From the NCBI GenBank assembly GCA_012295275.1, contig CM022675.1, positions 9,114,001-9,178,000 on the forward strand: DNA of 64,000 nucleotides, written 5' to 3'. Both the position numbers and the translations under genes were made by a program. This stretch comes from Chrysomallon squamiferum. Lineage: Eukaryota; Animalia; Mollusca. Below the pieces are notes generated by a model. The model did no database searches, was not told where the DNA came from, and saw only the letters and a list, made by a program, of their open reading frames with translations. Each line of letters begins with the position of its first letter. The stretch's first letter is position 1. Shown piece by piece: positions 1 to 13,232 of the stretch.

Positions 1-3000
1 CCTTTTACTCCACGTAACTGCTTCTTTTTTCTCTGACATAATCATCTCGTAATATGTCAAGAGGTTGTTGTAGATGTAGTGAAATGTCGTAATGGACAAT
101 GTCTCACTGAAAATTTTTATATTTTAAAATATGTCAATAATTCAATTAAACTTATTGCAAAGGTTAAATATCAATTTTCTTTCAGTGTGAAAAATAAATA
201 TATATTCAGCAACAGCAGACAGTTTATTTTTTTATTTATTTTAAAGATCTTTTGTTATTGTTTTTATTTTATCCCTTTTTTGTTTTTTTTTAAATAATGT
301 AAATAAATTTGGTCTATTTAAGAACCTTAAAAATTATTTTGATTTCTTATTTTTAAATTCTAGTAAATCAACAAAAATTTGTGGAACAAATCATCTTGTA
401 CACAATGTAGTCAGGGGAGATAAATCAGTACCTGACAAGATCAACTCTTTTGCTATGAAGACGACAAAACTCCATGAAGAAGCGCATGGCCCACAAGTAA
501 TATGTCTCATCGTGATCCTGGGTCTTTTCTCTCACCAGATTATCCTGTTTGAAAAAAAAAAAATTAAATTTTAAATTATGTTTTTATTACAGAATATTAA
601 CAAATTACCCTGAGATTTAAAATAAAATCATAATAACAGAATCATGACAGCATCCTAGTATTTTTAAAATGTATCTTCTTTTTTTACTTTGTTATTGATT
701 AAAATATCTTGATAAAAAAATATAACAAAATTAGTACACAGAATATATTTAGACTACTTCAGCATGTATCAACAGGCACACTTTAAGAATTTTTTTATTA
801 AATACATTTTAAAACAAACTAAAAATTCACAAGTAATTTATATATATATTTTTTTAAATCTCACCTTCACAGCAAACATGAGAGGGTTGTAGCAGTTTTC
901 CAAAACTGTACAATGAATTCTTTGAGACAAAGTCTAATGCTAAGAGTCGAACGCCGATGAACTTCTGTGTCTTTGATAGGTGCTAAGTGTTTGGCCTTCT
1001 TGTGGTATTTCTTGTTGAAGTCGAGGGACAGGTTCTCTATGTCTCCCTGTGACTTGTGGTAAATCATATCTTTGTCACTGATCGACTTCATATTGACTAC
1101 AACATACGTGCCTCCAAACCTAGAATGCCTGGTAAGCAAAAAAAATAAATAAATAAATAAATAAATAAATAAAATATTTAATAAATAATTAAAAAAATAT
1201 TTGTGTGTGTGTGTGTGTATATATATATATTATTTTAAATACAAAACCAAAAATAAATTGCCAATAACCAAATCAAGAATGTCTGGCAATAAAATTTTAA
1301 AATTTATTATTTTAAATACAAATATATGTCAGAGGCAACTTAGAAAATAAAAAGTAAATAAAGGAAAAACAGAAAAATCAAAACGTAATATCTGAATAAA
1401 TGAGAGAAATGCTAGTCTGTTTTTCTCTGCTTCTCATTTTTTAATTTCCTTATCTTTTCTGAGTGTCCTTCTTTTCCTAAAATTTTGTAATCTCCACTTC
1501 ATTATATAAAATATTGAAAATTTTGAAAATGTCTTGTACTTCAATATAAAAAAGAAATAATTAATGTACCTTGTATTGTGTTTCAGCATGTTCATCTTTC
1601 TCTCTCTTTGTTCCTTTAACCGAACTCGTTCCAGTTCTCTGGAAAAAAAGAAGTAATGTTAAAAAAAAAAAAAAAATTAAATAAAAATAAATATATAAAT
1701 AAATAAAATTAAAATGAATAAATGTTAATAAATAAATCAAATGAAAAGGATATTTGATAAAATAAACAACAAAACCATCCCACTAAATAAAAAAATAGAG
1801 AGACATCACAGTTAATTAAAAGAAAGTTAATGAATAAAAGTAAAACAAAAGTTCTTAAATATATAATTCTTCAAATTAAAAAACAATTACTTTATAATTA
1901 TTTAAGTCAGTATCAAATAATCCTTTACATTTCCACATAACAGAATACTCACATTTCAAACTGGTGTTAAGAAAAATATAATTTAAAAATTAAAAAAGAA
2001 ATAAAAAATTAAAACATATTAAAATACCTTTCATCTTTCTCTTTTTCACTCTTTGAACGCTGCATTCCAGCTGAAGCCAAAATTTCAGGTGTCTAAAAAG
2101 TTAAAAAATTTAGTTTCATTATCACAAATAAAAAAAGATTCTCATACATAATCAGTTGAAATCTTATTTAAATATTTGTTACATCACATCAACAAATTTT
2201 GGCTACTAATTTAAAATTATCCTAAGCAATTAAATATTTTTAATTATTTATTAATCATTATAACCTGTTCCCGAAACATAAGGGAGATAATTTCCAGCAT
2301 ATGCATGCAGAGTTGTCTTTCTTCATCAGAGCTGGCAATGTAAATCAACATGTCCTCCAGACCACTAACGTGCATGACCCTGGAAAGTTTATAATAATAT
2401 TCTTAAATAGTTTAAAAAATAAATATTATTATTCTTTAAAATTTATGAATCTTTATCTTTATAATTTTACAAAATAAATTTATAAAAATTTAAAAGTGCA
2501 ATAAAAATGTCATCATCAGGTGTTCTGAAGTATGTATTTTACAGACTGATTAATTTTAAAAAATGAAGAAAAGAAAATTAATTTAATTTTTATTATGTAA
2601 CTTACCAAAGTATCTGATCATGGATACTGGCATCATCATCAGTTCTCTAAACAAATAAAATAATAATAAATAAAATTAACAAATATTTAGAAACAATATC
2701 ACAGCAAAGTTGTTTCTTGATTTCATTCAGTTACTTAAATCTAGCTCAAGGGTCATTTCATGTCAAATCACACCAAAAAAATAAAATTTTAACCTCACCA
2801 TCTTTGATTTACTGAAATTTGGTATGTAGTTTTAACTCAACATTTTTGTGGTCCACTTTAAATGCATTTTACTATGAAACAAAAAACAGTTATATGTTGT
2901 TAAAATCATTACATTTCTTGTCTTGATATCTGATCATGTTTTATTATTAACAAAAGCTGACAGGCAGTAACAGATGAAATCTTTGCATGAATAGAAAATA

Positions 3001-5494
3001 TTTGTTCTGTATTTAAGAATGACTACAAGTTCAAAACATGTGTTCTAAGTTATTATAATTATGAAGATACATGCAGCAGTTTTTATCTTCAACAATTTGT
3101 TACCTTATTATGAAACTTATAAGAAAGATATAACCTGATATAACAACTGGAATAATCACAATTAAGTATAGACAACGCATTTAGGCTGTATTTCTTTTCA
3201 GACCATCCCTAATATACTTGAATAAACAAGAAGCTACTTTTTGTCACCTCTGTGGGGAACTTTTAAACAGAAACAGTTTAGACTACTCAATTAATTTTAG
3301 ACAAAATGTTTTACAAATGTTTATGATGCAAAGATTTTAAAAAGAAACTCATTAACATTTAGACTACTGAATTAATTTTGCAGAAAAATTTAATAGAGTA
3401 GCAGACGTATATAACAATTGTTCAATTATCTTGATTAAAAATGTGACTTTCCAAAGGCACAGTATTCAGCATTGATGTCTATCAGCTTTTATGGATGAGT
3501 TAACTCCCCTGATATACTACAGTTAAAACTTACCTGTTCTAGGTCAGGATTTGGTGGAATGTGCAGCACATTCCTGATAAGTATTAGAAGTCTTTCCAGT
3601 AACAGTTTATCTTCTTCTTGTCTGTGCTCCCAGTCCTGTGAATAATAAAAAAAGTACACTGTTTTATTCATTATACTATATTCTATTACTGAAAGAACAG
3701 CACAAGCATTGAACTTCTGTTTTCTGTTCTACAACAAGTAAATTAACATGTGCCTTGTCTTGGTTGCGTTCTCATTGATTTTGTATGAAAGCTACAGTTA
3801 CGTTCATACTGATTTACTGTAATTACAATATATTGCATTAATAAAGAAATAATTTTTTAGTATATTACACTACATCACTTATATGATACCTTATATCAAG
3901 CAGGTTTGTTAAGAATGTAATCGTTACTATCTTGTTTAATTACATTTAATTTACATTAAATCTGATTTCAAATATATGTCTGTTAAAAAAAAATGAAATT
4001 AAAAAAAAAAAAAAATAGATAACTAAATATGAAGGAATTTGTAGGCTACTTTTGTCAAAATATTTATACAATTTTGCATTTACCAATTTAAGAATGCTTC
4101 CAATTTTTGTAGAGAGGACAGTAAAAAGTTCTTCATCTGCAAAAACCTGAAATAAAAACATCTATATTTTAAGAAATATAAATAATAAAATAAAATTATT
4201 AAATCAATAAACAAAAACACATTAATTAAAAAAAAAACATTAATTAGAAAAAATATTTTAAGTTTTTACCAAACACTTACCAAAAATAAATCTTATTTTC
4301 ATCTGAGAGAAATTTAAATTATCATTGTAATATAATTTCAGAGAGATAATTATTACAATAACAATTAAATAATAAAACAGAGATATACTGTTCTGCTTTA
4401 TACCACTATCAATACTAACAGTTTTCACTATACTAATATTGATAATCTAGTTACAACTATGTATACTTGTACAGTCCTAAAAAATTAATGAAAAATAATT
4501 TTAAACTTTTTAAAAATTAATCAAATTTAGTGAGTGAAAACACTAAAACAAGTTATATTAGCAGTTTTAGGGAAAGGACCTGTGTTTGGATTTGATCCCA
4601 GAACTGACAGATTGGTAATATTCTCACCTCTTTATAGCTCTGAAGATGTGAGTCTATTTCCAGTGCATAGTTTCTCATTGTTTTATCATCTGGAAGTTTG
4701 TTTCCAAAACAAAGAACTGTTGGTTGTGTTAAATTTACTGATAATCTGAAAAATACAAATTTTAAAAATTAGATATATATAAATATTTGAGTGAGTGACA
4801 CAGTATTTACAGTTTCAATAAATATTTAATAAATTAAACTGAAAAAAAAAAAAAAAAAATAATACAATAAAGTAAAATATAATGAAATAGATATTTATTT
4901 GCTGCAGTTATAAATTTAGAATAAACACATAAATAATATATAAAAAATAAATAAAAAAAAAAAATATAAAAAATGATAATATAATGAAATAATTAAATTT
5001 TATCATTCTCTGTAAACAGTCTTAATATAAACTAATACTAGATAAAAACAAAGACCATAACAAAAATTTAATAAAGTTATTAACAAATTTTTCATACAAA
5101 TAGCAAAACACATATCATACGGCTCTATAAAATTACAAAAAAAAACCCTGTTAATTGTGATAATACATAAATAAATAAATAAACAAGTAAAAAATCATTC
5201 AGCACTAATTAAAACACTAAAGGGGTACTCTAATAAGGTTCAATCTTCTGACCTGTTATTTTTATTATGAGTGTTCTAACCACAAGACTACAGCCCATCA
5301 TCCAGGAATACATGTTTTACCTTAGAACAGTTTCAAACAAATTCCTGTCTTCGTGATACTCTTTCATAATTGGAATCAGGTCATTCTGCAGTATCTGGGC
5401 GTGGCCAAGCTGACGACGAATATCAAGTGTATCATCTTCATGTTTGAGAAACCGAATCAAATCCTTCACCGTTTCTGTGAGAAAAAAAAAATAA

Positions 5495-5528
<34 letters not shown>

Positions 5529-5920
5529 TATATTTCACCATGATTATGAACTGTAATATTTTTTTTTTAATAAATGCAAATAATTAGTATGTTATATAAA
5601 GCATGGTGTATAAATTAATTTTTGAACTGTCAATACTATTTATAAATTCATTAATTTTTTGAAAACTTGAATATATTAATCTGAAATACATTAAAATGTA
5701 CTTATTATTTAGTAAATTTTTAAAAAATTAACTCAAGTAAATTGTATCATTTTTATGCAGCTTATAAGTAGAACTATTCTTAAAAATAAGTTACAAAAAT
5801 GTTTATAACGTAGTTTTCCTTCTTTTTTAATTCTCCCATACATAAATTATCATTTGTGCAAAATATAACATATAAATGACATATTAAAGGAAAATTATAT
5901 TGCATTTCACTCAAAAACTA

Positions 5921-5960
<40 letters not shown>

Positions 5961-6094
5961 TAAAAAAAAAAAAACCAAAGGTTTTCCATCCATTTTTTTC
6001 CCATACCCAAGCAATCTGGCTCCTTCACATACTTCTCCCCCTCTAAGTAACCAAGGGCACTGCATGTTGCCTGTAATTCCACATGCATCACCAT
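1..6094 (-). CDS. TIMELESS: TIMELESS/timeout (replication fork protection complex), N-terminal part; gene continues beyond the left edge
   Basis: Coding exons (minus): 6007-6094, 5321-5474, 4628-4745, 4084-4146, 3534-3635, 2606-2646, 2265-2379, 2028-2092, 1570-1638, 865-1128, 432-544, ~2-106, with GT-AG introns. Translation [64 protein letters not shown]...VNLTQP...[14 protein letters not shown]...[12 protein letters not shown]...RHSRFGGTY...[16 protein letters not shown] matches vertebrate TIMELESS motifs. One base appears missing at ~902-905 (see findings). Confidence 0.95.
2748..2830. mobile_element. Possible terminal fragment of a degenerate DNA transposon in a TIMELESS intron
   Basis: AAGGGTCATTTCATGTCAAATCA followed by GATTTACTGAAATTTGGTATG resembles ends of invertebrate non-autonomous DNA transposons. 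No matching opposite end was found. Confidence 0.25.
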
Positions 6095-6247
6095 GGTAAC
6101 AGAATGCTAAAATCACCTCAGCTATTTCTGTGGAAAATAAAAAACATAAATGTCGAACTTGACATACAATAAGTTATTTTTTCTTTTTCATTTATTTATT
6201 TTATTTTTTATTTATTTTATTATTATTATTATTATTTTGTTTTTATA

Positions 6248-6281
<34 letters not shown>

Positions 6282-6752
6282 TAATTTTCCCAAACTTCGT
6301 CAGTTCGGATGTACTGAAAAGCGACACAACCACTGCACGTATTACGTAGCTATTGGTATCGCTCAAAGTCAGTCTAACCATAAGACCAAATCGACTTCTA
6401 ATAATAGCATTGAATGAAATATCTTATTAAATATTGTCCATAATTAAAATCACTTGAAATATAATGCGTAACTATATAAACGCATTACACTAATCGATTT
6501 TATACCAGTGTTTACCAGGGTTCTGTTCACTTCATTCTTGTGAATCTCAATCTGACAGCAGACGTACGTTTTGGTTTTCAAGCATTTGATTCAAAAATCT
6601 AATTCAACAATCAGTGTCAGATCTCGGTCAAAATAAAATATAATGTTACTGTTATGTAAGCTAAATTACAAAATTACCTTCTGCTTATTAATTCACTTTT
6701 GTAACAGGTTTTAACAGAACAGGAAAAACATTCCTTCCATTAACATTACAAA

Positions 6753-6764
6753 TTTGGCGGTAAA
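6753..6764 (-). promoter_or_regulatory. Candidate E2F-like site in the TIMELESS promoter
   Basis: TTTGGCGGTAAA (TTTACCGCCAAA on minus), close to the canonical TTTSSCGCCAAA. It lies just upstream of a candidate 5'UTR donor (GAAG|GTAATT, ~6677). The first coding exon has an acceptor at 6128-6129. Confidence 0.3.
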
Positions 6765-6841
6765 TTTTCATTTTGTATTAGAGTTATCTACCTTTAGTCT
6801 CTTTGGAAATGACATTGTGCATTTATTTTGGTTCCTTCAGG

Positions 6842-6875
<34 letters not shown>

Positions 6876-7002
6876 TTCTTTGTGGTAGCGTGAATTGAGA
6901 ATACAATCTTGGCGCTTTGTAGAAACGAAATGGTACACAAAAAATATTTTTAAAACGTCATTATTTCGATATTATCTCCACTGTAGTAAACTAGCTGTAT
7001 TT

Positions 7003-7004
<2 letters not shown>

Positions 7005-7081
<77 letters not shown>
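7005..7081. repeat. (TC)n microsatellite
   Basis: Perfect dinucleotide run. Similar (GA/TC)n runs occur at ~7751-7832, 9556-9607, 9974-10033, 43366-43440, 46071-46147, 46979-47049, 47918-48002, 50212-50294, 51317-51396, 52002-52071 and 59369-59455. Confidence 0.95.
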
Positions 7082-7084
<3 letters not shown>

Positions 7085-7748
7085 TGTGTCAAATTATGCA
7101 TATATTTATAAGTGGACTGAACTCACTGAACACAATCCACCATTTAGATATGTATTTTAATAATATAGTCAAAACAGAGAAGAAATATTTATTTTTTTTT
7201 ATTTATTTTTTTTCTTCATATTTTTCATTTCCTGCTATTTCGTGGATTCATTCATTCTTCAACTTCTTTGTTTCTTTCTATTATTTTTGCTCTTTAGAAA
7301 AAAAAAAAAAAAAATCTTGTTGGAAGAATGAAAACAACGATAATGACCAATCAATGTTTTGCCTTCATCTCAAATTCTTAACGCTCGTTAAGAACATGAT
7401 TTGCCTCCTGATACCACCACTGTCCTCCAGCTAGATATCCTTTAGACGCCACAAACATCGATTCTTGGCAACCAAAAGATTAAACTGAATTTAGACTAGA
7501 ACAAAAATCGGCTGGAAGTCATGCAAAGAATGGATAATAAGCACGGAACTGACATTATTGTTATTACTGTTGTTGTTGCTGTCGTCGTCGTTGTCGTTTT
7601 TTCGTTTTGATAATATTATTGTATTAATATATGGCTAATGAACAATTATCTGATGATATTCTCTTTCTTGCTGTTTAAACTTGTTAACCGTGCCAACAAA
7701 TAAAATTGTCATAAATTAGTATCTTTTACCCAAAATGTTGTAATGAAC

Positions 7749-7835
<87 letters not shown>

Positions 7836-7904
7836 ACTATTACTTTCTTTTTCCTTTCTTCCGTTGTTTGTTTGGTGTGGGTTTTTGTTTTTTTTATTAT
7901 TTAA

Positions 7905-7961
<57 letters not shown>

Positions 7962-7974
7962 CCACTGTAAAAAC

Positions 7975-8204
7975 AATGTCAAAGATTTTGAAAAGAAAAT
8001 AATTCGGCATTCAAATCTTCTGCTCTGACCACGGAATAAACTGGATCATCATGTGATCCAAACAGATTTGGTGTTCTTCTTAATTTTGATCTATTCCCAA
8101 GGCCTGTTGTAATATTTACTTTGCCGTTAATTTTCTATCCCCAGATCTGTTACATATGTGGATACCAAAACAATACCAGCAGCTTTGTACTTTTCCCTAA
8201 ATCT
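7975..8204 (-). pseudogene. RBBP9 pseudogene fragment 1 (C-terminal half)
   Basis: Aligns by eye to 11630-11880 of the intact gene (e.g. TTGAAAAGAAAATAATTCGGCATTCA, TTCCCAAGGCCTGTTGTAATAT, TTTTCTATCCCCAGATCTGTTACA) with several deletions and frameshifts. Confidence 0.9.
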
Positions 8205-8446
8205 AACTTTCTTTTTACTTTCGTTTAATTTAATTTAATTTAATTTTATATTTTATTTTATTTTATTTTATTTTTTCCCACATTTTAATTAATTCTTCTG
8301 TCGATAATTTTTTTTATTTTTTTTTTTTTTTTTTTTTTAAATTGTAGTTAAGCTAATATGTCCGTAAAATGTTCTGATTGAGAGAGAGAGAGAAAAAATA
8401 ATTTAAAAAAAGTATGCATCTAAACCATCAACTATTACTATCAACA

Positions 8447-8800
8447 TTCTGCTCTGTTCCAGATAAAATGGATCACCTTGGGAGGAGGGAGTAATTTTTA
8501 TTTTGTCCCATACTCGCGGTCTGCGCTCATTCTTAAAACTAGATCAGACAGATCAGTGGAAACCAAAACAATACTCTTCTGCAAATCTCATCGCCGCTTT
8601 TTGCACCGGAGCTATGGCCGTCATTATCGTCTGCTCTTCGCGCGTAATCGTCTCGTGCAGAAACCGAATCCCGATACTCTCTCACGCCAAGTCTGAATCT
8701 GGCATATATCGAACTTCGAAGAGAATACCTGACTCGTTGTTAAAAAAAGTTCCGAGCAGCCGATTCCAGAAATAATTACTATTTTACATCCAGACGTCAC
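8447..8800 (-). pseudogene. RBBP9 pseudogene copy 2 (near full length, more diverged)
   Basis: Aligns to ~11686-12123 (GCAAATCTCATCGCCGCTT, ATTATCGTCTGCTC). It retains the GHSSG codons, but ATG has become GTG at 8798-8800, the upstream acceptor AACAG has become AACTG, and there are multiple indels. Confidence 0.88.
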
Positions 8801-9274
8801 ACAGTTATTTATAAAATAATAATTTATCAACAACAACAATAATAATAATAATTGAAAAATAAAGCAGAAAGTTAATACGTTTACAGTTATAAATACTTGG
8901 GAATTTTTTTTTTTTTTTTTTTTTTTTCTCTGTAAGAATATCCATGTTTGTGAAATTGTGCGTTCATGTGTATGAGTGAGAAAATGAGAGACAGCGGGCC
9001 TACCAGGCCTACGAGTTAGAAATGAAATGAAGTTTCAGAATTAATTTAAACTGACTCGAAGCATTCCAACATTGAGATAATATTCTGAATGAAACAATGA
9101 TAAAAAAAAAAAAAAACTTTGCTTTGTTTTTGTTTTTTTAAAATGATTCCATAAGTTTCGCGGTTTTTTTTTTCTTTTCTTTTTCTTTTTTGTTTCCAGC
9201 AATATAAATAATTCTAGCTGCGCAAAATACCTTGCTCTGTACCGTCTTATTACGTCGTTAACCCCAGTCCATGA

Positions 9275-9552
9275 CAGGGGCGGATTGTAGGGGTTCCCAC
9301 GGAATTCCCCTGGCTAAAATAAATAAATAAATAAATAAATATAATTATACACGTATGTATGTGTGTATACCCTCTCAAGCCCTCATCCATACATTATAAC
9401 GTTCAAGTGCACGTCTACAGTCTTTCACTCATTTTGAAATTCAGGTCATGGATGTTAACACTGCAGCTGCACGTGCTAATTACGTGTAAATGAAGGCTAA
9501 TAAGTGTATTAAGTAACACTGATGTATGCATTAGTGTGTACAGTTCACAATA

Positions 9553-9609
<57 letters not shown>

Positions 9610-9699
9610 ATATCCTGTAAATTTTGTAATTTCAAATTATAAACATTTACCTATTGTTTCGAGACCCCTCCCCAGTATCTAAAGCATGATCCGCCCCTG
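9275..9699. mobile_element. MITE-like element with 11-bp terminal inverted repeats
   Basis: CAGGGGCGGAT (9275-9285) ... ATCCGCCCCTG (9689-9699), a perfect inverted pair around a non-coding interior. No clear TSD. Confidence 0.65.
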
Positions 9700-9970
9700 A
9701 AAAGAGTTCGGTTGTGGATGAAGTCAGATTAGAAACCTGTCATACGCATACGGACATATCCAAGCAGACTTTGTGGACAAGTCACAAATTATCTTAGAGA
9801 ATAATTTGCAAGGGACAGAACCGAAGCAGCATTATTAATGCAATATCGTTTTGTGTAGGCCTACGTGTCCAACGATGTAGACTTCAAAGAATTGATTTCC
9901 CTCTGTGTACACACATTCTTATCATGCGATCGCGTGTTTGTTGAAAATGAAACGTAAAACAAACTGAATT

Positions 9971-10037
<67 letters not shown>

Positions 10038-11555
10038 AAGTAATTTCCATCCATTATAATATACATACATGTATGCATACTTATATACTTACATACACAC
10101 ACATACATGAATGTGTCACTTAGTTACCAAGACAATTCTTCACATATTACTTTTACGATCTTGTTTCCATTGATATTCAAATATAACACTAAGTAATGAT
10201 TAACATTTCTATATAACGTAATTTCACGCAATTACATCGTCTTATAACGCGTATGCTATATTTACTCTACGATGTGACGTAATTTGCCGAAAAAAGCTAA
10301 AATTAAGACGTCGTTTCAGCTTATTGCGTAACACAGCTAAATTCACTCAGTGGTTACATTTACACATTACTTTTCGTCAATTGTGACGTCTGCCTCTCCG
10401 ACTTAATACTGTGTTAATGCTAATTAGTTTTCAGTATTGTTTGTAATTAATTGTTGTACACAAGGAAGATTAGTATTTTTCTAACTGAGAAATAATTTCT
10501 CTGCATTGAGCTGTACATTATTTTTTATTTTATTTTCTTATCTATCAGTAATACACATATAATAATAATAATATTAAATATAATAATAATAATAATAATA
10601 ACAATAATAATAATAATAATAATTTGTGATTAACAGTTCCTATTTATATAAAAATGTAATTATATACGTGTTTACGTGCATGCGTGTATTGCCAGAAGCC
10701 AGTTCAAGATAAAGATTTTTAAGAATGAAGTACAAAACGAGTAGTGGAAATGTTTCATATGTTTTCTACACGTGCAAATGTAAAAACACCCCGACAAACA
10801 GGAAAGATGGAAACTATAGAACTGTATACACACGTCTATCCGATTTCATTTATTTACTAATTCTGCGTAAAATGAGTTAATTTTAGAGCAAAAACGTAGC
10901 TTCCTGAAATAATGATAAACAAACTGACAGCGAAAAAATAAATGCTTAATAAAATAAATAATTAAAAAACTAATAATAAACATTTCCTTGGACTTCTTAT
11001 TTATTATTTTTTATACTTTATTATCATAAAAGATTGTAACTAAAATTAAAGTAACTAGTAACTAAAGAAAATGTGTTTAAATATCCCAATAACAACAACA
11101 ACAATCGAATTTTATTAACATCCAAACAGTATTTGAAATGGGTGCATTTATTTAATTTAAATCTGATGTATCATTTCTGCAAAATTGCAGAATATAATTA
11201 TTTTCACAGCAGGTTGGAATGTACGTACCACAGCGCAACAAAAAGATAAACATAAATGTTGGGTTTTCAGTTCTTTCTCTTTGTAACGTCATCTGTGAAA
11301 AACCAAAGAGGGAATCTGCCCGAAATCATAGTCCATCGCAGTCTTACTGTATTACTGTCAAACTTTATGTCAGCAAAGGTTGGTTGCGAGTTAAAAAAAA
11401 AAAAAATTAATCAGCCGACAGATGTTTTAGGTTATTTAGCTCAGTCACAGATATATATCCAACTAATGATGGTATTATTTTATTATTTTGATCGGCCGTC
11501 AGTGCGCAAAGCTTTAGAGAACAAAAGAAGGGGCTTTTACTTATTTGGTGTATTA

Positions 11556-12122
11556 CTACATCCCTTCTTCGCATTCTTTAACTTTTAAAATGAGCAGTTT
11601 CAGAAGCTCTGGAAAAGTGCTGGACATAAAATGTCCACGATCTTGAAAAGAAAATAATTCGGCATTCAGATTGTCGGCGACTTCGTTCTGCTCTGACCAG
11701 GGAATAAACGGATCATCTTGCGATCCAAACTGAGCCACAAATTTTGTATTCTCCTTTATTTTCGTCCATTCCCAAGGCCTGTTGTAATATCCACTTTGCC
11801 GTTCGTTTTCTATCCCCAGATCTGTTACACATGCGGATACCAAAACAATGCCACCAACTTTGTACTTTTCCGCAAATCTCATCGCCGCTTCTGCTCCGGA
11901 ACTGTGGCCAACAATTATCGTCTGCTCGTCACACTTAAGCTCCTCGCGCATGAACGGAATCCAAATACTTTCCCGCGCCACCTCTGGATCGGGCATTGAG
12001 CGTAGTTCGCAAAAAATACCATTCTGCTCTAATCTTTTGTGCAACCATCCGTACCAGTTTGCTTTAAAAACTTCTGAGCATCCATTCCCCGGTATTATAG
12101 CTACCTTATATCCAGTCGTCAT
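11556..12122 (-). CDS. RBBP9: RBBP9/YdeN-family serine hydrolase, 188 aa, intronless CDS
   Basis: MTTGYKVAIIPGNG...NWYGW...MPDP...LKCDE (LxCxE)...VGHSSGA (nucleophile)...SGYYNRPWEW...DDPFIP (Asp)...RGHF (His). An acceptor (TTAACAG) lies 1 nt before the ATG. A probable 5'UTR donor (GTAAGT) is at ~12745. Confidence 0.95.
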   Translation of the reverse strand: MTTGYKVAIIPGNGCSEVFKANWYGWLHKRLEQNGIFCELRSMPDPEVARESIWIPFMREELKCDEQTIIVGHSSGAEAAMRFAEKYKVGGIVLVSACVTDLGIENERQSGYYNRPWEWTKIKENTKFVAQFGSQDDPFIPWSEQNEVADNLNAELFSFQDRGHFMSSTFPELLKLLILKVKECEEGM

Positions 12123-12498
12123 TCTGTTAACTATTGAAAGAAAAAAAAAAAAAAAAAAAAATAGGTAAAGGAGGCAGAAAAGTAGAAAATAAAAAATGAA
12201 ATTATTTGAATTTTCACATCGTTTCCTGTAAATCTGGTAAACAAAGTGATAACAAAAAAAAAAAAAAAAAACAATAATAAAATAAATATACAAACAAAAA
12301 ATGAATTATTTTAATTATTTGATTATAATAGTATATATGTGTGTGTGTGTGTGTGTGTGTGCAAAAAGAAATAATTAAAATAAACTAGACGTTAATTTTC
12401 TTAGTATAAAAAAAATATAACAATAAAAGGTTTTAATTGCAGTTCTGAGATAATGCTAGTTTTCAAAAAGCACTAAATGCTAATATATATTTAACAAT

Positions 12499-12548
<50 letters not shown>

Positions 12549-12745
12549 TATGCAGTACGAGTGAATGAGATGTGCATCAATTCTGAATGTTCCAATAAAA
12601 TCAGTTATATTACAGTTATGTAACCGGACGTGTCTTGGCAAATAATCTGAAATTAGTACATATGTGCCACGTGTTCAAATGGCCACGCCCAAATTAAGAT
12701 GTCTGTAAGACACTAACAACCGACCGTTGTACAGTTAGTACTTAC

Positions 12746-13232
12746 TGATAGGGAAAAAAGAGAAAGTGATAATTTAAGAAAGAAAATAAATATGCATATA
12801 CCAGATAACTAGAACTGACAACGTCTTAAAAGTACCAGCAACAAACAATCGATTTCTGCAAAAGCTGATAAAACCCACGCCAATGAACATGTATCTGCTA
12901 GATTTTTGTAGTAAAACGTGTGTAAGCGCAGCCTAAAATAAATGAATGAAAACACATGCGCGCGCATGACCCAATTACATTGCATCCTGGGATACCTTCA
13001 TGGACTAGCAAGTCCGCCATGATGAAACATGAAAATTGTAGTGAATACGTTTGGTTTGCGGACTTGGTGTAAACTAAGGAAGAACATTTACAGCAGATTG
13101 ATGATGTCGAAACCATGTACTGATTGTGTTTTGGATAGTTAAGGCGGTGGAGTCCGATTTTCGGACCTCCTACCGTCACTTTTATTATAAGAAAGTGCTC
13201 GGACTAGGTCACAGCCTATCTGGGTAGGAAAG
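12746..13232. promoter_or_regulatory. Probable bidirectional promoter between RBBP9 and EPC1
   Basis: Head-to-head genes about 0.5 kb apart, with a CpG-enriched island. Contains a 14-bp palindrome CATGCGCGCGCATG (12955-12968, NRF1-like), CCAAT at 12971 and a YY1-like CCGCCAT at ~13014. Confidence 0.55.

Noticed and set aside
7350-7390. Faint similarity to the RBBP9 3' end (CCTTCATCTCAAATTCTTAAC)
   Set aside because: Too short to distinguish from chance without an alignment score.
10140-10400. CpG-rich patch with a repeated ATTACTTTT
   Set aside because: Possibly a transposon remnant, but no termini or coding motif could be identified.
12123-12293. Hydrophobic N-terminal extension of the RBBP9 ORF in the ORF track
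   Set aside because: It is the T-rich 3' end of an intron (acceptor at 12124-12126). The homologous protein starts at 12122.
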